From positions 1,178,001 to 1,242,000 of the forward strand of contig CM074821.1 of NCBI GenBank assembly GCA_037447605.1: DNA of 64,000 nt, written 5' to 3'. Shown here in pieces: positions 12,238-23,693 of this stretch. The position numbers and the translations under genes were made by a program. Positions within the stretch are counted from its first letter, which is position 1; each line of letters opens with the position of its first letter. The notes beneath the pieces were generated by a model that did not search any database, was not told where the DNA came from, and worked only from the letters and a program-made list of their open reading frames with translations. This DNA comes from Zygnema circumcarinatum SAG 698-1b (lineage: Eukaryota > Plantae > Zygnematophyceae).

Positions 12238-14904
12238 GGAAGCTTCTGGAAGCCCCCCTGGCGGGAGGGCTCGCTTACAGGAGGGAAGGAGAGAGAAGGA
12301 AGGAGTGATGGGCAAATATATGTGTGGCAGCATGTTGTACATATGTACATGCTGAGCATGGCCTGGAGGGAAAGGAGTGAGCCGTGTTTGAGCTGGTGGG
12401 ATGAGAGCGTCTGTGGAGTGAAGGACGCATTTTTTCCAGGTCGGCCGTTCTACTATGGAGACGTAAATAGTAACTCAGGCAGCAAACTCTGAGGCTCACA
12501 GCTGCTTGAGATTCCTTTTTAGAAAATATAAATAATGTAATATTTCCCAACTGTGAGTGCTGCGTGTTGATGCCTTAGAAACCTCTTAGTCACCACAGAG
12601 GGCGGTTAGGACTGTTTGATGGATCGCGTCTGATCTGAGCTTATCTCTTCTCTTCTGCGAGCGCACGTCAAGGAGCGTGCGAGATAAGAGGAGAAAGATG
12701 GAGAGAGCGAGAGAGAACGAGAGAGAGAGAGAGAACGAAAGGGAGAGAGGTAGAAAGCGAGAGAGTGACCGAGAGAGAGCGAGAGCGAAAGAGAGAGGGA
12801 GGGGGAAAGAATGAAGCATATGAGGCTAAGTTGGAGTCAGGCAGTAGAGTTAGGAGCTGATAAGCGACATTTCTTTGTCATTGAAGTATCGTTCACTGAC
12901 TCCTTTTATATGGCTTCGTTTGTCTTCCCTCTCAGTAGAGTTTAGGTAGCGGTTTTTTTTGGCGGAGGGGGGGGGGGTGGTCAGGGTTGGCTTTAATGGG
13001 TGCTGGTTGAGGCCACGGGGTACTTAGAGCCCTCAGATGTGAGCTGTGGGAGACATTGCGGTCTGTGAGTGACTTTAAACTCGGCGATTTTTTTTATGAA
13101 GCTTGACCTTCCAAGCTGTTCCTCACGCCTTCGGCGTAATTTTGTCTCGGTTTCGTATTTTTGTAGAACTTAAGGTCCGTTTTTCATGTCCAAAATTATC
13201 TGACGTTTTGAGCAAGTCAGCAGTACTGATGCGTATGGTCCCAGATATCAATTTGGCGTCTTCATCCATGCTCGCACTCAATGGGATAAAGCGGCCATTG
13301 TGTGGCCGCCATTGACGTAAGAGATATCACTTGCTATTGCGTAGCAGCCATTATCGGCTTACTGCCACGTGGTAGCCAAGTGGTTTGTTAAATATGTCTG
13401 CTTAACTTCTGTCCCGTTTCCGGCCTCCCCTTCAGTTTCAAGTAGAATACATTCGGATAACTCCTGATTTTTGTGAAAAATACTTGAACTGGCTGGGTTC
13501 GCACCTCCGGAAGAAAACTGGAAAACAAAGTCTGACCTGGAAAGGGACCCTTCGTTTATTGATTAAGCCTGAATCCACCCCTGCGTAGTCAAGTTTCAAA
13601 ATGGGGTTTCCTACCAAGGAGAGAAGGAAAGAGAATGCCATAGGACAGTTATGTTGCATCACTTAAACCACGACTGTACTGCGTTTGGCGGATGGCCCAG
13701 GCTTCGGTGTCCCGCTTCCACCCAATGAGCGAATGAGAAGCCATGTAACAGCAGAGGATTGTTTCTTGCTACGTAGCAACTGGGAGAGTTTGATCTCCCA
13801 CATTTCCGCAAGTGCCCAGATCTTCCTATTGTTCACGGCGATCGGAAAAATCAAAAGCCAGAAACCCAAAATTGTTCCTAAGTGATTGCAGCTTTAGCAG
13901 GTTGGTAACTTACCCCTTGATGGACCTTAACAGGCAACCGACGTTAAAAAAAAACGTTAGCAAAGCCGAAATCTTTGGCCCGAGTCGAAAACATGGAAAG
14001 GGAGGGCTCTAAAGCCGACACTTCCCCCTCCCACTTCCTAAACCTGCCCTCCATATCTTGATGACCTCTAATAGCATCTCAACTAGAAATGGTACGGAGA
14101 GGACAAACAATTGGGACGGACAGGTAATGTCGCGAAATAGGAGTACTGACCCTATCAAGTTATAGAGGCTGGTGCAGATTTGCCCCCCATCCCCCATCTC
14201 AAGCTACGCTCTGAGTGAGCGAAGGACTGCCTTTTTTATTCAGTCATATTATATCGAGTTTCGCAAGTTATTTGACGTGTTTTCTCAAGCGCAAACCTCT
14301 CAGACAACTGGGAAAAGGAAAGCATAGATAAACGAAGGAACTTTCGAACATGCATTAAAATTTCCAAAGCAGGCGGCTGCTTTAACAGCTCGTCATTTTA
14401 CTTTTGAGTCCAAGCGACAGACATAACATCATCAGATTGCCAGAAAATGACGATCCATTGAGCATCAGCCTGAACTGAACCGATGGCGCTTCCCCACCAG
14501 AAATGGCTATGAACTTATTTAAGGACGTCCCCGACACCATAAAGAGTTCCTACTGGAGAAGAAGACTATGTGATCTAAAGGCTATTCTGGAGGAAGAAAT
14601 CTGTAGTGCACTGCTGGAGTAGGAGTCCCAAGAAGTCCGTCCCCTTATTACGACCCACCTCGAATCTTCACACCCTATGATGTTTCTGCATGTTTCGACG
14701 TGACCTAAGGCTCCCACGCTCTCTCCCACACACACACACACACACGCTCTATCTCTCTCTCTCTCGCTCTTCCACGCAGCTTAAGTTACGACAATAAATT
14801 GGGGCAGGCATGAGGCAGTCACCTACCCACGGCACAACCTTGCTGTCGTGTTCAACTCCAGCTTCTCAGTTCAGAAGGTACCCTCCCTTGCTTTGCAGCT
14901 TGGC

Positions 14905-16584
14905 TTACTCGGAGCCCCTCTTCATCTTGGCTGCAACTTTTGCGGTGTATTGTCCCTGGTAGAAGGCCTGTTCAAGCTCAATCTTGGTGGGCTGCCGAGT
15001 GCCATCCCCTGCCAAGGTGCCTGCTCCATAGGGGGAGCCGCCCTTCACCTCATCCAGGACGAACATGTTGGCACCATATGTGTAGCCGATGGGGACAAAG
15101 ATCATTCCATGATGGGCGAGCTGTGTAATTGCAGTAAATCTGCAAAGTTACGCACTCTTGAAAGTGATCAGGTTTTGCCTCGCAACCGGTAGACTGGAAG
15201 GCCTTGCTTCTGTTATCTTTAGCCTTGATTGACTGCTAAGGATATGAGCAAAAGCAGCAAAGAGTGATTATAAATTGTTCCACACTCAGAAACCCGGAGC
15301 ATAAAAAGCGGATTAACAATGGTATAAACAACTTACGCAGTCGTCTCCTGCCCTCCGCCCTGCGAGCCTGTGCTGAAGAAGAACCCCGCAGGTTTTCCAG
15401 CCAAGGCTTGGGTCCTCCATAGCCCGCCAGTGGCATCAAAAAAGGCTTTCATTTGAGCTGCCATCATGCCATAACGAGTTGGGAAGCCGAAAATAATGCA
15501 GTCTGCTTCAGCCAACTGGTTTGCTTCAATGATTGGCACTTCAAGCTTCGGGGGCGCATGCATCTTTCCGAGTACTTCTGAAGGAAGCGTTTCCGGGACC
15601 TGCACAAATAGACAAGGAACCAAATCATTCTTAAAAGCCAAAACAAAGTGCTGTCACTTTACAGAAAAGGTCTGATTTGGAGACCACGGCAAAAGCGGAA
15701 TCTCTTATACAGATCCAGTGAAAAATGAGCATGCATAAGGCTGGGCAAACCAACAGGCAAATAGCATACGGGTATGCACAAACGCTTGCACGTTACAGTC
15801 CACAGCTGAAAGCCTTCTAACTTCAACTGTTCCACATTTTACAGGTGTGTTCACATCATGAGGATCTTCCAACGCCGCCTGTAACTACTCCTGCCAATCA
15901 AATTACAGAGGACTTAAGATAACCCTTTCTCATATATGATCATTAATTTCGACTTGGGGGCCAAAGAGGTAAGTCACCTGAAACAAAATAGCCTCGACTC
16001 CCTCAACAGTCTCAGCGCCTTTCTTTATCTCCTGCGCAAGTGTTGCAACATGTCCGTACATGGAGTAATACCTGCATTGAGACAGCCAAAAAAAAGAAAA
16101 TGACTACCTCAACATCCATGTCAGGAAATTCCCATGCCAACAACATTTTCTCTGATATCTTTGACAAAAACAGGCCAAAAGAAATGAAAACTTCTGACTT
16201 GACCTAACTTAGTTCGAGACAGTTGTGCTTGACTATACTTGACTTATCAAGACTGACTTACCTAAAATGGTGCATCTCTACTGTATAGGAGAAGAAAATG
16301 CTGCAAATTTCAAACTTGGACACTATGCATGCATAGTGAAGGACAGCTCAACATTCAAGACCGTCAGCGAACACTGGAACTCTTCTTAAATTTGAAGCAG
16401 GCAAAAACCAGGCTTATTCATTGCATATCCCTTACGCCGCCACTCACCTGAACCATTCCAAAATGCAACTAAACTATTCTGCAGTCAAGACGTCCGACAG
16501 TGAGTGTGCGTGCGGCAGAGAGCGAGAGAGAGTGCGAGAGAGAGAGATCCAAGGCACTTACACGACATAGACCTTGGTGGCCAT
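14905..16584 (-). CDS. FQR1: NAD(P)H:quinone oxidoreductase, flavodoxin WrbA family, 4 exons
   Basis: MATKVYVV|[75 protein letters not shown]. Confidence 0.95.
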
Positions 16585-16917
16585 GGAGAAACAAAAGAAA
16601 GCGGAACGCCGGAGGCGAGAGAGAGGGAGCGGATGAGGGAGAAGCGGAGTGAGAGAAAGAGAGAGATAGGGTGATGCTGGAGGCAGAAAGCTCTGGTCCC
16701 CGCTGACGTCAACCTTGTCAGTCGGCGACACCGCCTGGCCGGGACTTGCCTTCCTCCTTCCTCTTCCATAGAATCACGCTGTTCCATGTTTAGCAGTCCC
16801 GTCTCGACGAGAAATTTAGACAGTTCAACCAGATTTGGAACTTTTTTAACAGTGATATATACGTGGGAGTCGCCGTTACAGTTAGGTCTTAGAGAAAGCC
16901 TTTAAACCAATGAGTGG

Positions 16918-17148
16918 TGACCACGTGTAATAATTCAAGTAAGCTGACACGTGGTAAAATGTGAGTGGCTGATATTCAGAGCTGTGTCGCTAGACAATTT
17001 TTCTGTTCATGTGACCTGCTCCGCGATCTCTATGCAATTCCTTGAGGCTCTAACTGTAACTGGAATTAGTCGTCCAGTACCTAAATCTACTACGGACGGT
17101 TCCAACCAATCACAACTGTCCACGTCGACAAATTTCTGACGTGGCACA
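16918..17148. promoter_or_regulatory. G-box/ABRE-like ACGTG cluster upstream of FQR1
   Basis: accacgtgt (~16920) and acacgtggt (~16948) form an inverted pair; also ccacgtc and tgacgtggc. Function inferred only. Confidence 0.35.
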
Positions 17149-17269
17149 CTTTCATTGGCCATTACATGGAACCAAACCCCGAACGACATGCCAATCCCGG
17201 TGGTTCTACGCCGATATCTCGATACACCGATATTAGATACTAGGGATGGATATTATAATGGGGAAATCA

Positions 17270-17392
17270 CTAGTTACACACCATTTTTGTTTAGATACAC
17301 GTCTTAAAAAGAGCCCCAACACCATAAAAAAGACAATAAAATCTGACTGGCGAGGAAAGGTGCGTATCTAGACAAAAAAAGTGTGTAAATAG
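17270..17392. mobile_element. MITE-like element with ~31-bp imperfect terminal inverted repeats
   Basis: 17270-17300 matches the reverse complement of 17362-17392 at 26/31 positions. Confidence 0.65.
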
Positions 17393-17454
17393 CATTTTCG
17401 TTATAGTGCAGGGTCGTGTATAGATTTCCGATCAAAAGTTTTAAGAGTCAGGCC

Positions 17455-17613
17455 GCTTTATAAAACACTTTTAGAACGGTCGTAAAGTCATACGGCCATA
17501 CGGTCGTACGGTAGCCTCTCTGTTGATGCCACCGCCAATTCGCCAATCGTACGACCGTACGTGTCGTTCAATTTCAACGGGCGTACGGCCATTCTAAAAG
17601 TGCTTTAAAAAGC
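17455..17613. mobile_element. MITE-like element with 30-bp TIRs and an inner 12-bp inverted repeat
   Basis: 17455-17484 vs reverse complement of 17584-17613: 26/30 identical; inner tacggtcgtacg / cgtacgaccgta pair is perfect. Confidence 0.7.
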
Positions 17614-17845
17614 TGAAATTCTTAGATATGAGAACGTTCTAGGTCTGAAATCTAAAACTCTAAAAGTCCCTTGTACGGACTTTTTGCCATCCCTGTTCGG
17701 TGTATGGTATTTATCCATTCAAAATTAATTGTGAGTATCGAGATATTATTACATATCGTATCGTAACGTTTGAAGCCCCTTCTATTGAGGGCCAGCCCAT
17801 GGGGTCGTTTGCCTTGCAGGAGCCGTCTCCTCGAGGCAGGAAGCC

Positions 17846-20663
17846 ATGGCGTCTGGGCGGGCATCCATGGCGGCTTCTCGAGTGCCGGCACGCGGCCGCA
17901 GCTTCCGGGACAGTTCAATACCATGGATTCTCTTTCTCGGATTTCTCTTCTTTGCTTGGCGGGGCCTCCGCCCGACCTCCTCTCCCTCTGCTACAGGTCA
18001 GGCAGCATCCTGCACTTGACCACTCCGGGAATGGCTGGAGAAATGTGTTCTGAGAACGATCGTTTTACCTTTTTGGAGTGCTTTATTTTAATAATCGATT
18101 GTTTGGAAGTTAAGCTGCGCGTGTCTAATGACTGTTGGAACACCACAGCGCAGGTGATGGAGATAACAGTTCTTGTTGTTGTGTGTTTCTCGACTGCAAG
18201 CTTGTTTTCAATTCCAAGTTGGGCCTTGAATGCTGATGCAATGCTGCATTGCAACTGAGGGACGATTATCCTTATCCAAGCTCATACGAGACGTCTGGCA
18301 TATCGAGTTTTTCTCGTGCAGCTGCTTCCGTTTAAGCATTAATCCTGAAATACAATACAAATCGATTCTTTGAGCTGAAATGTGGTAGCTTTCAGGTCCT
18401 TCTAACTGTAAAAAGTGCAGAAACCTGCAGTCGAAGAGGGTCTGGAATATAGGTACGATTGCTTTTTCAAGCTTGTCTGAAACAAAAATTAGTTTGCCTG
18501 GCCAGTTCTGCCATTTGATTTTTTTTCATGTAGAGACGAAAGCCTTCCTTTGCAGCAAACACCGTACAAGCGTTGGCTTGAGATCTCCGTGGCATCCTTG
18601 GAAGTTTGTCGTGAGCTCTTGTTCGACGCCCATTATCAAAATTTATTAACTGATGTGAATGCCATCAAATAAACATGTCAATGTCAGCTAGCAATATGAG
18701 TTTATCGCCCTGATCACCTATTTGTACACGGAGTCACAATGACATGTGCTGTCATTGATTGGCTTTGCCCAGAATGAACGCGTAACTTTACACTTGCAAA
18801 ATTCACACATGGGTCTCCCTGGTGACAGGGTGTGCCTTCTAAACTTATGGATTCCCACTTGGTCACCAAATCATCAATGCATTCGGTTGGAACATCTTTA
18901 AAGCCTTTTTGATAGCCCGTCCTGCACTCTATCCCAAACTTCCATATCTCTCGGCGAACAATGCTGCGAGGTGACATCTCTGGAAGGGCGATCCTGAATT
19001 GCTGTGTGTTCAAACAGGCCAAATATCCATAACCAATCGCGTATGGACTGAGGAGGATGGTGACCCCATGTGGGAGGGCCTCAGAATATGCGCCAAAGCT
19101 GGATGGCCATGAAGGAAGGAGGTCTTCGGTAGGTCCAATTCGCCGTATGGACTTCACCTTCTCGGAGGACCTCCAAAGAGCGATGCGTCCTCATCAGAAT
19201 CTATCCTTCAAGGAAAGTAGGTGGGCAGAGAAACCATCCAGTCTCTGCTTCGGCCACGGCAATATTACCATTCTCACAGTCGCTGTGGACCTTCCTGAAG
19301 TGGGTTTCCGCACTCCCTTTCGTCTCTCTCTCCCTCCTCTCTCCCCCCATCTGTCTTTCTTTCTTCCTCTTTCTTTCCTTCTTCCGCCACCTCTTTCTTC
19401 TCTCTCTCTCTCTCCGCTCTCACCCGCTCGCTCTCTCTCTTTCTCGATCTTCCCCCTCCCTCTCTCGCATTTTCGGTTCCCCTGTATCGTCCTTCGCCCG
19501 CTTCTAGTTTAGATTCTCCTTTAGTTGCTGCAGAAGCTGAGAGGGGGTATCCAGGAGGGGCAGGGCAGGCATACATGGTGCAGTTGCGCAAAAACCGACT
19601 GCGCTATATTGCCCGCCACACCTATCGCTACTGTGAAGTGACCACCAACCTTGACTACTTCCGGCCGATTGCCTGGTCAAAGGTGAGTCCCGGACATACT
19701 GTGTGCCCCTATGACCACTTGTTGCGCTGAACATACTAATATGCAAGTGTAGGCATTAAGAAAGAATCTTGAAACATAGCTCAGAAAGAGTTGCTTGCTT
19801 CTGTGGGTGAGCTCATTTTCGTCGTTTCGCCACAATCCTTTGTTTATGCGTGCAGGTCCGAGCTATGCTTCTTGTGCTCAGCTTCTCTGCGACTGTAGTG
19901 CAGATGGATGCAGACGCCCTTATAGCCAACATGTCTTGTAGCTTTGAAAGCATCCTCTCCTCATTGACGGCCTATAACACCACAAAAAAAGATTTGGTTT
20001 ACACCACAGATTTTAAGGCAGGAAGGACAGCAGAACCAACAAGCAGGTCACTGATCAACACAGGGGTTTACATTATGCATAGCACGCCATGGTCCAAGGT
20101 GAGTGTAATCTTGTTGTCTGTCAGGCACCCGAGACACAAGCTTGAATCTTTCTCTTTTAAGTTGTTATTGATTTCAATGAGAGCTCCGTTGAGCATTCTA
20201 GAGCTGCATTGGTGGCATGTGGGGGTGTAGGCTTTTCTAGAGGTGCATTACCGCTTTTATTTCAGCTCCATCTTCCACAAATTTTGGGATCAAGATGCTG
20301 TAATGCTGTACCGCATCAAGCACCGCCGTGAATTCGCTGAGCATGTAGCTCTCATTCCATACAGGTGAGGTAAGGCGAGAGGGCGCAGGGGATATGCTGC
20401 CACCATCTGTATTGCAATTATTATAAAATTTGAGTGTTTTTGAGCCCAGTGTTATAAGTCCAATCTAGTCTCTTAAATGTTCACTCGTTGTGGTAATACT
20501 GACGCCATACTGTCAAGAATGGGCCGAACGCAGGTACATGAATGTGCCCTGCAGTCACAAATACAACGACTACCAGCCGGGGGACTTCATCGTGCACTAT
20601 GCGGGAGGCCATGATTTGCGAAAGTATGAAAAGCTGGTCGAGTTCTTGAGTTCTGGGCACTGA
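17846..20663 (+). CDS. Glycosyltransferase family 34 (GMA12/MNN10-like), type II membrane protein, multi-exon
   Basis: N-terminal TM segment (PWILFLGFLFFAW), KNRLRYIARHTY...RPIAWSK, QMDADALI (DxD), INTGVYIMHSTPWSK, FWDQDAV, GDFIVHYAG. Confidence 0.85.
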
Positions 20664-21840
20664 AATTTCCTCGCTCTACTCTTTCACTGGTATTGCATTC
20701 TGCCCTTTTCGCCCATCCGTTTGCTGCCTTTGCTGTTTCATCGAATGCCAAGCCTTCCCTCTCTGCCATGAGGGGAAGATGTACGGTACTTCGCATTGCG
20801 TTTTTTGTTACTGCATAGAACCCCTGCATTCATCCTGTGCCTGAACAACGAAAATTGGGAGTTTTTGTAAAATTCTACTGGGGAGAGGTTTTGGGTTGAT
20901 GCGCATCTAACTTTGGTCTGTAGGTGATCTGTGGCCCCAGGAAGCTGTTAAGCACCTCCTTGTTCCTGTACTGTTCATTCTTTTTTTTGGGTATCCACGG
21001 CCCTTCCTTGATTTGGAAAACTGCGGGGGCATCCATGGCTCTTAGCTGTGAGGATGTCATATGGTCGACCATCAATCAGCCCCTTGGAGCGTGACCATGT
21101 CCTGTACGGCATTTGGGTTTTTTAGGGTTCAGAAGTTAAATCACTAAACCTTCGCATCCTCGCTCAAAGCTATCTATCCAGTCATGTCGCAAGCGTTGCG
21201 TGCTCCTTGCTGTTTGTTGTACTTTATTGCCATTGTAGTTTCGAACATGCTTCCTGAATCCTATTATATGCTGTGCGTGCCGCCTTGAAAGGGGCAGCAG
21301 GCGAGTGCCCTTTCAGCTTTCAACTTTGTGGTGAAGACCTGACCTATGGAAACCTGACCAATTTCTATGGAAAATTCATCCATGGCGCGATGATTATGAT
21401 TGAGCATGCCACATGTGTCATGCCATGTCTCTAGCATGCTGCTCTTGTTCTTGGTGACTTCCAAACAAAGAATAACACGAGTCCAATCACGATGCATGCA
21501 TGCATGCATGTCGACCACATGGCGCACATCGATCCGGTCGTCGGCCTGTTCTACGGCCCGTAGTTCATTTCGAGCCCTTTCGATGTCCGGACGCTACCGT
21601 GAACAGCTCACATAGAGCCGCACCCTCCCCTCCCTCCCTCCCTCCCTCCCGCCGCCCTCTGCCGGCAACCTCTCCCTCTCCCTCACCCACTCTGCCTCCC
21701 AACCCTAATCGAGGGAAATTGCAGCCCCTATTGCACTTAAAAGAGCTCGCAAGAGTGGGTTAAGAAGCCTCATCGTCACTCTGCAGTGAGAAAGAGAGAG
21801 CCGCTGTTCCTGTCGGCGTTGCGCCTGCAGCGAAGCAGAC

Positions 21841-22023
21841 ATGACTCATATCCTTCTCTGCATGCATCAGTGATCAGGCTATGGCATTTGAAACCCGGCC
21901 TGGGTGCTCCTGTGCGCTTCTGTNNNNNNNNNNNNNNNNNNNNNNNNNNNNNNNNNNNNNNNNNNNNNNNNNNNNNNNNNNNNNNNNNNNNNNNNNNNNN
22001 NNNNNNNNNNNNNNNNNNNNNNN

Positions 22024-22104
<81 letters not shown>

Positions 22105-22271
22105 ACAGCATGTGATGACTTCAAACCTGAGCTTAATGTGATTTTTGTTCCGTTTTGAGGATTATTTTTGGCAGGGATGCTAAGGCTCTTCAGGAAAAAA
22201 CTGCAAAAAAAGCTGCGCAAGGTGAAGGTGGAGGTGGGCAGGATGCAGGAAACAAGGCTGTAAAGAAATAA
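21841..22271 (+). CDS. SERF: Small EDRK-rich factor (SERF/4F5) family protein; middle exon presumably in the N gap
   Basis: Exon 22175-22271 encodes DAKALQEKTAKKAAQGEGGGG...KK*, matching the plant 4F5 C-terminus as recalled; ATGACTC (M-T-R start) at 21841; gap at 21924-22023. Confidence 0.8.
22024..22103. repeat. (AG)n microsatellite after the 100-N gap
   Basis: Directly visible. Confidence 0.95.
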
Positions 22272-23693
22272 TAGGAGCTGGATTGCTTGGTGAGTGCAAG
22301 TTCTGCCTTTTTCTAGCATTCAGACAATGCATGGAACTCTAATCTTCCAGCATTGAGCCCTCAGGGTGCCAGCTAGGATGTTATTCATGTTCTGGCGAGG
22401 CTTCTCAGGCGCATCTGCATTCGTGCTGTTGAGAGACAGAACTGTCTCCTTGCTTGCCGATCGAAATGTTTATTTTTTTCGTTTTTAAGCAACAGTTTCA
22501 CAATCTTTGCTGTTTGCAGGGGCATGCACGACTTTACACGGGAGGGAAGGATTTGTGGAAGGCTTCTTGAGATGTTGTGAATCAGCCCAACTTCAGTTCA
22601 GTGCAAATTGTCAGGGATGGTGAGGCGATCTAATCGACATGATTTCCAACTCAGTTTTTGTCGGCTCTTGTTACTCTGGAGACCTTTTTTGATACGATTG
22701 GAAACGGCACGCGGACCCTCTATTCAAGGGTCTGCATGTGACCAGAAGTTATCTATTGATGGAACCCTAAGATCCAGATTATCAGAGATTAAATGGTTCC
22801 CTATCATCATTTGATGTATTGCTCGCCCGCATCCAGGAGCTATTGTTGCTTTAAGGGAACCTTATACAAAGTATTTTTTTTCAGTAATTGACTATCCATT
22901 TTAATGACTCTTATCAGTATCAGGACGGCCATCTCATGTAGATGCTTTTCACATTGTTATGCCGCTGCCCTGATTTTACCTATTTTATTCTGGGATCCAC
23001 CAGTATGTGCACACATTGAGTGGATCCCCAGATCCACCTCTTCCTTCCCCCTTCTCCCTTCCCCTTCTCTCATAGCCCTGAACCCAAAATGTCGCCTTGG
23101 TGATTTCTGCACCTTCGCCACTAAGTTACAGAGGTATCATATTCTTTATTTGCTAAAGAAGATCCAAAGAAATTCAAAGTGAATGCTTAGTAAATGTCAC
23201 GGTTACAGCTAAACATTTTGAGCATTTTAACATGTTTTCGGAAAATGTTATTTTTATTTAATCAATTCAATAATATTGAATATGCGATGCGGAGATTTGG
23301 ATCTTTTCTCGTTAAGGTTGAACACAAATGTTCAAATAGTTCATTCACAGGTGTAGATTCAAACCTTTTGCGGCTTACAACTCAGATAATGGATTCGTCA
23401 GAAGGGGAATTCAAATTTTCCAATATCCCAAAACAACCAAAAGAAGAATACCCTAAAAGGCTTTATTATAGAACAAAGTAGACGCGGCTCAAAAGGAGGA
23501 ACCACAATCAAACGGAACTAAACACGTCTCCTTCCAAAGCCCCCTCCATTCTGCCTAAAAAATCATAAAGAAATAAACAATGGACTCGATATAAGTGCTG
23601 CTTGTAGATTGTATATATGGGTACCTAGACTGCTTTAGCTACATACATTATTCTCTCCCTATTTTAATAGAGTGATTCCTCACTCCCCAGCCC

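Noticed and set aside
20875-21527. Two minus-strand ORFs between GT34 and SERF
   Set aside because: No recognisable motif and no consistent exon chain.
23194-23481. AT-rich 95-aa ORF, possibly organellar or TE-derived
   Set aside because: No recognisable similarity.
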